Assembly: GCA_045810445.1 (NCBI GenBank)
Contig: JBJMVX010000276.1
Coordinates: 954-64,953, forward strand
Length of the DNA: 64,000 nucleotides
Source: Massilia sp.
GTDB taxonomy: Bacteria > Pseudomonadota > Gammaproteobacteria > Burkholderiales > Burkholderiaceae_D
Direction of reading: 5' to 3'
Of this stretch, positions 40,767 through 51,365 are shown one piece after another. A program made the position numbers and the translations under genes. The first letter of the stretch is position 1; every line of letters begins with the position of its first letter. The notes under the pieces were generated by a model, which was not told where the DNA came from, ran no database searches, and saw only the letters and a list, made by a program, of their open reading frames with translations.

Positions 40767-43703
40767 TTACTGGCAAGCTTCGCATTCCTCGAAGCCGTCG
40801 TCGCCAGGACGCAGGTAGCAGGCGGCGCCTTCGGCCACCGTTGCCGCTGCGGCTGCCGCCACGGCTGCGCTGTCCGCTGCCACGCCCATGGCATGGGCCG
40901 ACATGCCGCCATCCACCGCCACCGCGTTCAGTGCACCGGTCTTGGAGGTTGATTTCTCCATGTGGGTGGCAGCGATGGTGCGCAGGTAATAGGTGGTCTT
41001 CAGACCGCGCAACCAGGCCAGCTTGTAGGTCTCGTCGAGCTTCTTGCCGGACGCGCCAGCCATGTAGATGTTCAGCGACTGGGCCTGGTCGATCCACTTC
41101 TGGCGGCGCGAGGCAGCTTCCACCAGCCAGCTTGGCGACACTTCAAAGGCGGTGGCGTAGATGTCGCGCAGGTCTTGCGGGATGCGGTCGATCTTGGCCA
41201 GGGAGCCGTCAAAGTACTTCAGGTCGGCGATCATCACTTCATCCCACAGATCACGCGCCTTCAGGTCACGCACCAGGTAGGAGTTGATTTCAGTAAATTC
41301 GCCCGACAGGTTCGACTTCACATACAGGTTTTGGAAGGTCGGTTCGATACAGGCCGACACACCAATGATGTTCGAGATGGTGGCGGTCGGGGCAATGGCC
41401 ACGCAATTGGAGTTGCGCATGCCGAATTGCTTGATACGCTCACGCACCACGGTCCAGTCCATGGCCGAGGAGCCATCGACTTCGAGGTAGCCGCCGCGCT
41501 CTTCGCCCAGCAGGCGCACCGAGTCCTGTGGCAGGATGCCGCGGCTCCACAGCGAACCCTCGTAGGATTCGTAGCGGCCACGTTCTTCGGCCAGCTCGGT
41601 CGACGCCAGGTAAGCGTAGTAGCACACCGCTTCCATCGAGCGGTCGGCAAATTCCACCGCCTGCTGCGAGGAGTAAGGCACGCGCATCATGTGCAGGCAA
41701 TCCTGGAAGCCCATGATACCGAGACCAACCGGACGATGGCGCAGGTTTGAATTCTTGGCCTTGGCGACCGCGTAATAGTTAATATCAATCACGTTGTCCA
41801 GCATGCGCATGGCAGTGCGCACGGTCTTTTGCAGCTTGACCGCGTCCAGCTTGCCTTCTTTCATGTGCGCTGGCATGTTCACCGAACCCAGGTTGCAGAC
41901 GGCAATTTCGTCTGGTCCCGTGTTCAGGGTGATCTCGGTGCACAGGTTCGAGCTGTGGACCACGCCCGTGTGCTGCTGTGGCGAGCGGATATTGCATGGG
42001 TCCTTGAAGGTGATCCATGGGTGGCCGGTTTCAAACAGCATCGAGAGCATCTTGCGCCACAGGTCCAGGGCCGCGACTTTCTTGAACACGCGGATCTCGC
42101 CAGCGGCAGCTTTCGCTTCATACGCCAGGTAGGCCGTTTCAAAGGCCTTGCCGACCTTGTCGTGCAGGTCCGGGCAGTCCGATGGCGAGAACAGGGTCCA
42201 GTCGCCCTTTTCCATCACGCGCTTCATGAACATGTCCGGGATCCAGTTGGCCGTGTTCATGTCGTGGGTGCGGCGGCGATCGTCGCCCGTGTTCTTGCGC
42301 AGGTCGAGGAATTCCTCGATGTCCATGTGCCAGGTTTCCAGGTAGGCGCATACGGCGCCCTTGCGCTTGCCGCCCTGGTTCACTGCCACGGCCGTGTCGT
42401 TGACCACTTTCAGGAAAGGCACCACGCCTTGCGACTTGCCATTGGTACCCTTGATGTGGGCGCCCAGGGCGCGCACCGGAGTCCAGTCGTTCCCCAGGCC
42501 GCCGGCGAACTTGGCCAGCAGCGCGTTTTCCTTGATCGCGTCGTAGATGCCTTCCAGGTCGTCCGAGACGGTGGTCAGGTAGCAGGACGACAGTTGCGAG
42601 CGCAGGGTACCCGAGTTGAACAGAGTCGGGGTCGAGCTCATGAAGTCGAACGAGGACAGCAGGTTGTAGAACTCGATGGCGCGCGCTTCGCGGTTCTCTT
42701 CGCGCAGCGACAGGCCCATGGCCACACGCATGTAGAAAGCCTGTGGCATTTCGATGCGTACGTCACGCACGTGCAGGAAGTAGCGGTCATACAGGGTTTG
42801 CAGGCCGATGTAGCCGAACTGCAGATCGCGGTCGGCCACCAGGGCCTTGGCCAGCTTGGCCAGGTCGAAACTGGCCAGGACTGGGTCCAGCAGTTCGTTC
42901 TCGATGCCCTTGGCGATGTATTGCGGGAAGTACTCTATATAGTGTGCTGCCGCTTTTGCCTGGGGCACTTCCTTGGCAAAGACTTCCTTGCGGATGGTGT
43001 GCAGCAGGATGCGGGCGGTCACCTGCGAGTAGGCCGGGTCCTTTTCCATCAGCGCGCGGGCGGCCAGGATGGCGGACTTGTGCAGCTCTTCGACCGGCAC
43101 GCCGTCGTACAGATTGCGCACGGTTTCAGCCAGGATGGCGTCGGCGTCGACGTGCTTTTCCAGGCCCACGCAGGCAGCGTTGATCAGGTCACGCACCTGC
43201 TGCATGTCGAGCGCGCGGCGCACGCCATTGTCGGTCACGTGGATTTGCGGGGCAGCGATGTCGCTGCTGCCGCCTTGGGCTTCCTTCTGCAGGCGGCGCT
43301 CTTCCATGTGCTTGGCGCGGTAGAGCACATAGGCACGCGCGACGTCATGCTCGCCCGAGCGCATCAGCGACAGTTCGACCTGGTCCTGCACGTCTTCGAT
43401 ATGGAAGGTGCCACCGGAAGGCTGGCGGCGCACCAGGGCGGCCACCACATTGTTGGTCAGTTGCTCGACCAGTTCGCGCACGCGCGCCGAGGCTGCACCC
43501 TGGCCGCCATTGACCGCCAGGAAAGCCTTGGTCACGGCAATGGCGATCTTCGACGGTTCGAAGGCCACCACGGCGCCGTTGCGGCGGATGATGCGGTAAT
43601 CACCGCTGGCGGCGATGGCTGCCGGCGTGTTTTCTACGGGCGAACCTGCTGCTCCAGGTGTTACGTGCATGGGATTGATCGAAGTATCTTGGGTTGTCTG
43701 CAT
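40767..43703 (-). CDS. nrdA: Class Ia ribonucleotide reductase alpha subunit with ATP-cone
   Basis: IIRRNG ATP cone, STPTLFNSG, SSCY, SNLCTEI, GLKTTYYLR, C-terminal CEACQ; start moved to MQTTQD. Confidence 0.97.
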   Translation of the reverse strand: MQTTQDTSINPMHVTPGAAGSPVENTPAAIAASGDYRIIRRNGAVVAFEPSKIAIAVTKAFLAVNGGQGAASARVRELVEQLTNNVVAALVRRQPSGGTFHIEDVQDQVELSLMRSGEHDVARAYVLYRAKHMEERRLQKEAQGGSSDIAAPQIHVTDNGVRRALDMQQVRDLINAACVGLEKHVDADAILAETVRNLYDGVPVEELHKSAILAARALMEKDPAYSQVTARILLHTIRKEVFAKEVPQAKAAAHYIEYFPQYIAKGIENELLDPVLASFDLAKLAKALVADRDLQFGYIGLQTLYDRYFLHVRDVRIEMPQAFYMRVAMGLSLREENREARAIEFYNLLSSFDFMSSTPTLFNSGTLRSQLSSCYLTTVSDDLEGIYDAIKENALLAKFAGGLGNDWTPVRALGAHIKGTNGKSQGVVPFLKVVNDTAVAVNQGGKRKGAVCAYLETWHMDIEEFLDLRKNTGDDRRRTHDMNTANWIPDMFMKRVMEKGDWTLFSPSDCPDLHDKVGKAFETAYLAYEAKAAAGEIRVFKKVAALDLWRKMLSMLFETGHPWITFKDPCNIRSPQQHTGVVHSSNLCTEITLNTGPDEIAVCNLGSVNMPAHMKEGKLDAVKLQKTVRTAMRMLDNVIDINYYAVAKAKNSNLRHRPVGLGIMGFQDCLHMMRVPYSSQQAVEFADRSMEAVCYYAYLASTELAEERGRYESYEGSLWSRGILPQDSVRLLGEERGGYLEVDGSSAMDWTVVRERIKQFGMRNSNCVAIAPTATISNIIGVSACIEPTFQNLYVKSNLSGEFTEINSYLVRDLKARDLWDEVMIADLKYFDGSLAKIDRIPQDLRDIYATAFEVSPSWLVEAASRRQKWIDQAQSLNIYMAGASGKKLDETYKLAWLRGLKTTYYLRTIAATHMEKSTSKTGALNAVAVDGGMSAHAMGVAADSAAVAAAAAATVAEGAACYLRPGDDGFEECEACQ

Positions 43704-43936
43704 GGGACCTCCTGGAACGGCTGGCAGTCGTGCTGCGCCGATTGTTATATTCAAGTGAACTGCCCGTGTGGGGCCGCCCGTCGTACCAAAAACAAAGTAA
43801 AACGCCAAAAAGAGGACCGTCCCGCACTGCAAATCCGGCGGGATGTTGTCGTCATTTTGGGGTAAAAATCGCTATCTTTTGTGCAATATCTTCAAAGTCA
43901 GCGATGTCATGCATAGTGAATGAAGTTCTCGAGGCA

Positions 43937-43983
43937 CCACTACATCTAGTGCGTTGATCAAAAGTGAGAACTAATTGTAGTGG
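43937..43983. promoter_or_regulatory. Tandem NrdR boxes upstream of nrdA
   Basis: CCACTACATCTAGTGC (43937-43952) and GAACTAATTGTAGTGG (43968-43983) match acaCwAtATaTwGtgt; starts are 31 bp apart, the typical tandem spacing. Confidence 0.85.
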
Positions 43984-44208
43984 CTTGCCAGGTCATGCGC
44001 AATAGCTATCTGGAATGAACAACCTAATTTTTTTGCTATTTTTTAGCGTTCTCAGCCTTGACTTTTCAAGGCTGCCGCAAGGACGCCATGCACACGGTTA
44101 GCGCTCGCTAACCGGCGTGTCGGAATTGGTCTCGCCGGCGGCCGGGACGGCCGCCCACGCGCTCAGCCGGCGCGCACATTGGAGCACTAACTATATATAT
44201 GGTGCGGT

Positions 44209-45639
44209 TCAGAGTTCCGGCGCCTGGATGTTCAGCTTTTGCATCTGGTAGCGCAGCTGGCGAAAGCTGATGCCCAGCAGTTGGGCGGCCTGGGTACGGT
44301 TGAAATTGGTCTGCGCCAGCGCGCGCTGGATGATGTCGCGCTCGACTTGCTCCAGGTAGTCGGGCAGGCTGTTTGGCAGGGGAACCGGGGCTGGGGCCGC
44401 GGTCGGTGGCGTGGGCGCCACTGGCGTCGCTTGCGCGGGCGGCGTCTCCGGCACGGGCACCGCCTCGGGGCTCGCCACACTCGCGCTCACGCGCGCGCCC
44501 TTGAGCGAGAGATCGCCCACTTCGATCAAGCCATCGTTGGCAAAGGCCAGCGCGCGCTCGATAATGTTTTCCAGTTCGCGTACATTGCCCGGAAACGAAT
44601 ACGCACGCAGCATCTCCAGCACGCCCGGGCCCAGGGCGGCGCGCTGGCCCGGCACTGCCAGCCGGGCCAGGATGGCAGCGGTGAGCACTTCCAGGTCGGC
44701 GAGGCGCTCACGCAGGGGCGGCACGCCCAGTTCGATCACATTCAGGCGGTAAAACAGATCCTGCCGAAATTTGCCGGTCTCGACGCACTGCGCCAGATTC
44801 TGGTGGGTCGCGCTGATGATGCGCACGTCCACCGGCTCTTCGGCCGTCGCACCGATTTTGCGCACACGCCGCTCCTGGATCGCGCGCAGCAGCTTGACCT
44901 GCATGGCCAGCGGCAGGTCGGCCACTTCGTCGAGCATCAGGGTGCCGCCATTGGCGGCCTGGAAAAAGCCATCGCGCTCGTCGACCGCGCCGGTAAAAGC
45001 GCCCTTGCGGTAGCCGAAAAACTCCGCTTCCATCAAGGCTTCCGGAATGGCGCCGCAGTTGACGGCAATGAAGGGCTTGGCCGCGCGCGAACTTTGGGCG
45101 TGGATTTCGCGCGCCGCCAACTCCTTGCCGCTGCCCGACTCACCCGTGATGGCAATGGGCGCCATCGAGCGCGCCAACCTTTCGATCTGGGCACGCAGGG
45201 CCTGCACCACGGCCGATTCCCCGATCAGGCGCCGTTCCCCCTCCTTGCCGGCAGCCGCGCTATGGCTGGGCGCCGACAGGCGCAAGGCCGATTGCACCAT
45301 GATGCGCAACTGGTCCAGCACCACCGGTTTGGAGACGTAGTCGAAGGCGCCGGCCTTGAGCGCCACGACGGCGTTGTCGGTACTGCCGTACGCGGTGACG
45401 ACCGCAATGGGCGTATTCTTGTTCGAGGCAGTCACTTCGCGCACCAGCTCCAGTCCCAGGCCGTCGGGCAGGCGCATGTCGGTGAGCACCAGCGCATAGT
45501 CGCCCTGCGCCAGGAAGCTGCGCGCCTCGGCCAGGGTGGCCGCGCTGTCCACATCAAGCCCCATTTTCACCAGCGTGATTTCCAGCAGCTCGCGCAAATC
45601 TGCTTCGTCGTCAACGACGAGAATACGGGGTGAACTCAT
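44209..45639 (-). CDS. pilR: Sigma-54-dependent response regulator PilR
   Basis: REC, GESGSGKE, GAFTGA, FPGNVRELEN, Fis-type HTH; next to pilS. Confidence 0.88.
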   Translation of the reverse strand: MSSPRILVVDDEADLRELLEITLVKMGLDVDSAATLAEARSFLAQGDYALVLTDMRLPDGLGLELVREVTASNKNTPIAVVTAYGSTDNAVVALKAGAFDYVSKPVVLDQLRIMVQSALRLSAPSHSAAAGKEGERRLIGESAVVQALRAQIERLARSMAPIAITGESGSGKELAAREIHAQSSRAAKPFIAVNCGAIPEALMEAEFFGYRKGAFTGAVDERDGFFQAANGGTLMLDEVADLPLAMQVKLLRAIQERRVRKIGATAEEPVDVRIISATHQNLAQCVETGKFRQDLFYRLNVIELGVPPLRERLADLEVLTAAILARLAVPGQRAALGPGVLEMLRAYSFPGNVRELENIIERALAFANDGLIEVGDLSLKGARVSASVASPEAVPVPETPPAQATPVAPTPPTAAPAPVPLPNSLPDYLEQVERDIIQRALAQTNFNRTQAAQLLGISFRQLRYQMQKLNIQAPEL

Positions 45640-45667
45640 GTCTTGCCTCTCTCTTGCTTGTACTGCG

Positions 45668-47359
45668 TCACAGCACTGCCGACTGGCCGAACGTGATGAC
45701 AAATCGCCCGCTGGCCTTGTAGGCGCCGGCGGCGTTGGCGTCGAAGCGGTACTCGTAGTCGAGCATCGCGCTATTGTTCAGGCATAGCTCGCGCGCCAGG
45801 TACAGGCCCAGGCCCGTACCTTTGCTCGAGGTCGTGTAGAACGGCTCGAACAGGTGCGAGCGCACTTCCGGCGTGATGCCCGGTCCGTCGTCCTGCACAT
45901 GCAGCTCCATCCGCCCTGCAGTATCGGTCACCACATCCATGCGGATGCTGCCGGCCGTACCGCTGGCGTAGCGCACCGCGTTGGTCAGCAGATTGACCAG
46001 CACTTCGCGCAAATGCAGACCATCGAAACGCACGGGCGTCGCCTCAGTATTGCCCAGACACACTATATCATCGCCCAGCCCGTGCGTTTCCTGAAATTCG
46101 GCTTTCAGCTCGGCCAAAAAGCTCGACAGTTGCAAGGGCTCCCCATTCGGTTGCACCTTGCGCGACAGTTGCAGGATGTCTTCGACCATGCGGTTCACCC
46201 GCGCCACGTTGTCGCCCACGATCTTGAGCAGGCGCGCATGGGTGGGCGAGGCCAGGTCTTCAGCCAGCAGGGCCGTCGCGTGGCCGATGGCCGAGAGCGG
46301 ATTGCGCACCTCGTGCGCAATGCTGGCCGTGAGCCGTCCCATGGAAGCGAGTTTGAGTTCCTGGGCCTGGTTTTCGATGGCCGTCACGTCCTGCATGAAG
46401 ATCACGCAGCGCTCGTCGGCCTCGTCGGGGGTGTCGACCCGGGCGAAACGCAATTTGAGGTGGGCCGCCAGCTCGCGCCGGCCGCTCCAGGCAGCAATCC
46501 GGATTTCCCCGGCAATGTCATTGTAGGGGCGCACCGTCACAAACGCGGCGCGCTGCCCCTGCACCCCGCCACTGGGCGCATCCTGGTGCAACCAGCTCGA
46601 ATAGGCGTGGGCGACCGGTTCGAGCGCCGCCATCTCCGAGAGCATGAACTCCCCATCCTGCCCCGACAGCCCAAGCATGAACAGGGCCGCGGGATTGGCC
46701 GCAAAGACATGACCGTCGCGCCCGACCACGAGAATGCCGTCTTCACCGTCAGCGATCACGATCTGGTTGATCGCTTGCTGGATCTTCAGGTCAATGCCGC
46801 GCCGCGAAGCCAGTTCTTCCTGGCCTATCAGCTTGGCCGCCAGCTGGCTGACCACGATCACGATGGCGAAGAACACCGCGCCATACAAGCCCGCTTGCAT
46901 GAGCGGCGATTCGCGGTCTTCCATGAACACGCGGTAGACGGTTTCGGCCAGCAGGAACAAGGTCACCAGCGAGGCCGAAAACAGGGCCAGCAGCAAGGGC
47001 GCCAGGATCGCCGCGCCAGCCAGGGGGAACAGATAGAGGATCACCAGGCCGCTGCGCCCTCCTCCTGCGGCCAGGTACAGCAGGGAGATGATGGCAATGT
47101 CGACCAGCACCTGTATCCCCACCTGCAGCAGGAAGCGGCGGCGCACATAATAGGCCAGCAAGCCAAAGCCGAGCGCCGCCACCAGGTACACGATGCAGGT
47201 TTCGGCGTACAGGATGTAGCCGCTGGAATGATCGCGCCGGTCGAACGTCAGGTACAGCAGCAGCACCACGGCGATGACGACGCGGGTGCCGCACATGGCC
47301 TGCAGCGAGCTCCAGTAAGTGGCCTGCGATTCGCGCGAGAGCGTAGCCCAGCGCCGCAT
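45668..47359 (-). CDS. pilS: Membrane sensor histidine kinase PilS
   Basis: About 6 TM segments, AHEVRNPL H-box, DDGPGI, FEPFYTT, GTGLGL. Confidence 0.87.
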   Translation of the reverse strand: MRRWATLSRESQATYWSSLQAMCGTRVVIAVVLLLYLTFDRRDHSSGYILYAETCIVYLVAALGFGLLAYYVRRRFLLQVGIQVLVDIAIISLLYLAAGGGRSGLVILYLFPLAGAAILAPLLLALFSASLVTLFLLAETVYRVFMEDRESPLMQAGLYGAVFFAIVIVVSQLAAKLIGQEELASRRGIDLKIQQAINQIVIADGEDGILVVGRDGHVFAANPAALFMLGLSGQDGEFMLSEMAALEPVAHAYSSWLHQDAPSGGVQGQRAAFVTVRPYNDIAGEIRIAAWSGRRELAAHLKLRFARVDTPDEADERCVIFMQDVTAIENQAQELKLASMGRLTASIAHEVRNPLSAIGHATALLAEDLASPTHARLLKIVGDNVARVNRMVEDILQLSRKVQPNGEPLQLSSFLAELKAEFQETHGLGDDIVCLGNTEATPVRFDGLHLREVLVNLLTNAVRYASGTAGSIRMDVVTDTAGRMELHVQDDGPGITPEVRSHLFEPFYTTSSKGTGLGLYLARELCLNNSAMLDYEYRFDANAAGAYKASGRFVITFGQSAVL

Positions 47360-47364
47360 GGGGC

Positions 47365-47610
47365 TTATTTCGCTGGCAGCCGCACGTGCGCGGGGCTGCA
47401 GTAATCAAGACCGTCAGCCCTGACCGATTCCGAGGCAGGGAAATAGAGGTGGCAATGGGCGCAGGCGACCATGGTCTCGCGCTGCTCGGACGCGCTGTCC
47501 GGATGGTGCGGCGCCTGCGATGGCGGCGCCGCCATGCCGCGCACCTTGCTGCGCAGGGCCATGAGCACCAGCACCGCCAGGGCGACCCAGAATAACAAAC
47601 GGATCATCAT
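47365..47610 (-). CDS. PP0621 family small membrane protein
   Basis: N-terminal TM, MVACAHC...YCSPAH zinc-binding motif; upstream of pilS. Confidence 0.85.
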   Translation of the reverse strand: MMIRLLFWVALAVLVLMALRSKVRGMAAPPSQAPHHPDSASEQRETMVACAHCHLYFPASESVRADGLDYCSPAHVRLPAK

Positions 47611-48410
47611 ACAAAGGCCTTGTGTAAAACGACTTCAAACACGAAACGGCTGCCCACATAGGCCAGCACCAGGGCCGCAAAGCCGGCCAGCGTAAAACGC
47701 AGCGCGGTCTTGCCGCGCCAGCCGCGCCATCGCCGCCCTGCCAGCAAGGCCGCGAACAGGACCCAGGACAAGAGCGTGAAGACGATCTTGTGGTCCCACT
47801 TCATGGCCCGCCCAAACAGCTGTTCGGAAAACACGACACCCGACAGCACGGTCAGGCTCAGCAGAATGAAACCGATCCAAATCAGGCGAAACAAGAGCTT
47901 TTCCATGGTCAGCAAGGCCGGCAACTGGTCAATGGCCGAGGCCAGCCAGCCACTGTGCGCAGTGCGCGTGTGCAGGCGCGCTTCCTGCAGCGCCATCAGC
48001 ACCGCATGGAAGGCGGCAATGGTGAGGATGCTGTACGCGAGGATGGCCACCGCGATATGCCAGCCAAAGGCGGGCGGCATGCCTTCGCGTACCAGCACGC
48101 TGCCGGGAAACAGCAGCGGCAGCAAGGTCACTGCCGCCGCGCAGGGCATGACCAGGCGGCGCAGGCTGTCGAGCGCGAAGTTGCGGTTTTCCAGCCAGTA
48201 GGCAGCAACCGAGACCCACAGCGCGGCCGAGAGCATTTGCGCGAATCCGGTGCGTACGGTGCCGTCGGCCAGCATGTCGGTCGACAGGCCGGCGCCATGC
48301 AGCAGCCAGGCCATGGCGGTGATGGTGGAAATCAGCACGCCCTGACGGGTGGGAAGCATGGCGCACACGGCATACAGCAAGGCCGCCGCGAAATAGAAAT
48401 AGGTCTGCAT
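47607..48410 (-). CDS. CcsA/YpjD-like cytochrome c assembly family inner-membrane protein
   Basis: Multi-TM; LPALLTMEKLLF, HKIVFTLLSW, GWRG, LAYVGSRFV. Confidence 0.87.
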   Translation of the reverse strand: MQTYFYFAAALLYAVCAMLPTRQGVLISTITAMAWLLHGAGLSTDMLADGTVRTGFAQMLSAALWVSVAAYWLENRNFALDSLRRLVMPCAAAVTLLPLLFPGSVLVREGMPPAFGWHIAVAILAYSILTIAAFHAVLMALQEARLHTRTAHSGWLASAIDQLPALLTMEKLLFRLIWIGFILLSLTVLSGVVFSEQLFGRAMKWDHKIVFTLLSWVLFAALLAGRRWRGWRGKTALRFTLAGFAALVLAYVGSRFVFEVVLHKAFV

Positions 48411-48503
48411 GGGGGCGAGTTTACACTATAGTGCCACGGGCGCGGCAGGGGGCAAGGCTATACCGCCGCACCGGGCCTGTCAATTTGCCGGCAGTCGCGC
48501 GCC

Positions 48504-49301
48504 TCAATCCATGGCGGCGCTGCGCAACTCGTCATCCTGATGGCGGTTCTGTTCTTCCATGACCAACTGCCCCAGTTCACGCTTGAGGGCATTAAATTCG
48601 GGCGAGGCCGGATCGCGCAGGCGCGGCAACTCGACCAGCAGGTCCCGTTTGACCGTGCCTGGTCGGTAGGTCATGACGATGATGCGGTCGGCCAGGTACA
48701 GCGCTTCTTCAATGCTGTGCGTGACAAATACAATGGTCTTTTTCAGCTCGGCCCAGATGCGCAGCAGTTCATCTTGCAGGCTGCGCCGGGTCAGCGCATC
48801 GAGGGCGCCGAACGGTTCGTCCATCAGCATCACGGGCGAGTCCAGCGCCAGCACGCGGGCAATGGCGACGCGCTGGCGCATGCCGCCTGACAGGTCCTTG
48901 GGATAGCGCTGGCCAAATTCGCCCATGCGCAGCGTGGCGAGAAGTTGATTGACCCGTTCGGCGATGGCCGCTTTGGGCAGCCCCTTGATCTCCAGGCCAA
49001 AGCCGATGTTTTCTGCCACCGTCATCCACGGGAACAGCGCATATTCCTGGAACACCATGCCGCGTTCAGGACCGGGGCCGCTCACGCGCTGACCATCGAC
49101 CATGATGTGGCCCGCGCTGGGCAGGGCAAAACCGGCCACCGCATTGAGCAGGGTCGATTTGCCACAGCCTGAAGGCCCCAGCAGACAGACGAACTGGCCG
49201 CCGGGGATCACCAGGTCAATGTCGTGCAGCGCCACCAATGGGCCTTTGTCGCCCTGGAATTGCTTGCTCACGCCCGCGATGTGGATCTGTGCTGCGCTCA
49301 T
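48504..49301 (-). CDS. ABC transporter ATP-binding protein (nitrate/sulfonate/taurine type)
   Basis: GPSGCGKST, LSGGMRQRV, MDEPFGALD, VTH. Confidence 0.93.
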   Translation of the reverse strand: MSAAQIHIAGVSKQFQGDKGPLVALHDIDLVIPGGQFVCLLGPSGCGKSTLLNAVAGFALPSAGHIMVDGQRVSGPGPERGMVFQEYALFPWMTVAENIGFGLEIKGLPKAAIAERVNQLLATLRMGEFGQRYPKDLSGGMRQRVAIARVLALDSPVMLMDEPFGALDALTRRSLQDELLRIWAELKKTIVFVTHSIEEALYLADRIIVMTYRPGTVKRDLLVELPRLRDPASPEFNALKRELGQLVMEEQNRHQDDELRSAAMD

Positions 49302-49302
49302 G

Positions 49303-50118
49303 TCATTGCTCCAGACCGCGATGCCAGCGCAGCAGATGGTTGTTCAGGCGGTTCATCGCCACGTCGATGGCCAGGCCCAGGATGCCAATGGTGATCATGC
49401 CGGCCATGATCTTGTCGGACCAAAAATACTCACGCGCTTCGAGGATGCGAAAACCCAGGCCATTGTTCACCGCGATCATTTCAGAGACGATCACCACGAT
49501 AAAGGCCGTGCCGATACCGATGCGCACACCGGCAAAAATATACGGCAAGGTCGCCGGCAGGATCACACGCCGAAACAGCAAGCTGCCGCTCGCCCCCAGG
49601 TTGCGCGCCGCGCGCAGGTAGATGCCATCGACCTGGCGCACACCGGCGATGGTATTCATCAGCACCGGAAAGAAGGCGCCCAAGGCAATGAGAAAGACCG
49701 CCGGTGGATTACCCAGGCCGAACCACAGCATGGCCAGCGGAATGTAGGCGATGGGCGGAATGGGGCGCAAGATCTGCACGGTCGGATTGAACCAGACATA
49801 CACCTGGCGACTGGCGCCCATGGCCAGGCCCAGTGGCAATGCGAGCCCGGCGCCGATCGCAAAACCGAGCAGCACGCGGTACATGCTGGCAAGCGTATCG
49901 CCGATCAATTCTCCGGACAAGGCCCAGGCGATCCAACTGCCTTCGCCATACGGATGCAGGGGCAAGAGATAGGCTATCCATTTCTGCAGGACCGCCAGCG
50001 GCGAGGGCAGCACCTGCGGATTGACCCAGCCGCGCACGGCTGCCGTGTGCCAAAGACCGATAAGCAGGACCGGCAACACCGTGCCAATGCCCAGGTCCCG
50101 CAGTGTCGAACGCGCCAT
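49303..50118 (-). CDS. ABC transporter permease (SsuC/TauC type)
   Basis: LPSP, RPIPPIAYIP, AARNLGA EAA-like loop. Confidence 0.92.
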   Translation of the reverse strand: MARSTLRDLGIGTVLPVLLIGLWHTAAVRGWVNPQVLPSPLAVLQKWIAYLLPLHPYGEGSWIAWALSGELIGDTLASMYRVLLGFAIGAGLALPLGLAMGASRQVYVWFNPTVQILRPIPPIAYIPLAMLWFGLGNPPAVFLIALGAFFPVLMNTIAGVRQVDGIYLRAARNLGASGSLLFRRVILPATLPYIFAGVRIGIGTAFIVVIVSEMIAVNNGLGFRILEAREYFWSDKIMAGMITIGILGLAIDVAMNRLNNHLLRWHRGLEQ

Positions 50119-50131
50119 GCATGCTCCTTGA

Positions 50132-51103
50132 TTATTTCACGCCCAGGCTCTTCTTGGCCCCATCGAGCAAATCGGTCTTGACCCACTCCTTGGCCACCGG
50201 CGGCTTGGCCATGCGCCCTACTCCGGTCTTGACCATGATGTCGGTCGTGACCTGGATGTGCTGGACCGAGATGTCGAAGCTGTAGGGCGAATTGGCAATC
50301 GCGTCGTTGAAGTCGTCGCTGGTGATCTGGCCCTTGAAGACCACATCGCGCACATATTTTTCTGCCACGGCCTTGTTGTCGATGAAGGTCTTGGTGGCCT
50401 CCACAAAGCAGCGCATGAACTTTTCCGCCAGCGGCCGCTTGGTATTGTAGAAGGCTTCGGTCATGACCATGGTGCGTACCGGCTCGCCGATTGGGGTGTC
50501 ATAGGGCTTGAGTACCTCCACGCCAAAACCCTTGTTGATGGCTTGCGAAGACTGGGGTTCGGACTGCATCATGGCGTCGATATGCTTGCCCAGCAAGGCC
50601 TGGTTCAAGTCGGCGAACGGCAGGTAGACCAGGGTCACGTCCTTGCCTGGCGCGCTGTCGGCAGTGAGGCCCGCCGCGTGCAGCTCGGCCATCAGCAGCA
50701 CTTCCTGGATGCCTCCGCGCGTCACCCCGACCTTCTTGCCTTTCAATTCCTTGACCGTCTTGACCGGTGCGTCCGCGCGCGCCACCAGGCGCGCCCCACC
50801 TTTGGCAAAACCGGCCACCACAAAGATGGGCGCCCCATTGGCGCGTGCCGAAATGGCGGCCTCGGAGGCGGTCGTGCCCACATCGAGTTCGCCGGCGATG
50901 ATCGCCTGCATCACGTCCAAGCCCTTGGGAAAAACTTTTTCATCGACCTTGATACCGCATTTTGGTGCGATTTCCTTGATATACGAGACCGCGCCATAGT
51001 GCGCGAACTTCAAATTGCCCAGCCTGATGACATCCTGCGCCTGCGCCACGCCGGCCAGCAATACGATGGCCGCGAACAGGCCAAGCTTCCCATATGTCCT
51101 CAT
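50132..51103 (-). CDS. ABC transporter substrate-binding protein (SsuA/NMT1-like)
   Basis: Signal peptide ending AQA; ELKGKKVGV; first gene of the operon. Confidence 0.88.
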   Translation of the reverse strand: MRTYGKLGLFAAIVLLAGVAQAQDVIRLGNLKFAHYGAVSYIKEIAPKCGIKVDEKVFPKGLDVMQAIIAGELDVGTTASEAAISARANGAPIFVVAGFAKGGARLVARADAPVKTVKELKGKKVGVTRGGIQEVLLMAELHAAGLTADSAPGKDVTLVYLPFADLNQALLGKHIDAMMQSEPQSSQAINKGFGVEVLKPYDTPIGEPVRTMVMTEAFYNTKRPLAEKFMRCFVEATKTFIDNKAVAEKYVRDVVFKGQITSDDFNDAIANSPYSFDISVQHIQVTTDIMVKTGVGRMAKPPVAKEWVKTDLLDGAKKSLGVK

Positions 51104-51365
51104 GCGTCTCTCCCTATGCGTGAACAATCAACCGCCGAGCATATCATTTATGCATGCAGACTGGAGACAAAAACGCAAGCTGAAATTGACAATTGCCGTA
51201 CGGAAAGATAGCTGTCGGCGCGCCCCTTGTCAAACGCCCGGCGCAAGCTTGTCGGCGATGGCGGCGAGCGCGCCGGCCTGGCCTCGTATGCCCCGTCACA
51301 TAAGGTAAAATGGCCCACTTTCGGCGCTGCACGCGCCGCTGACAACTGACTACACCAGGCTTGCC

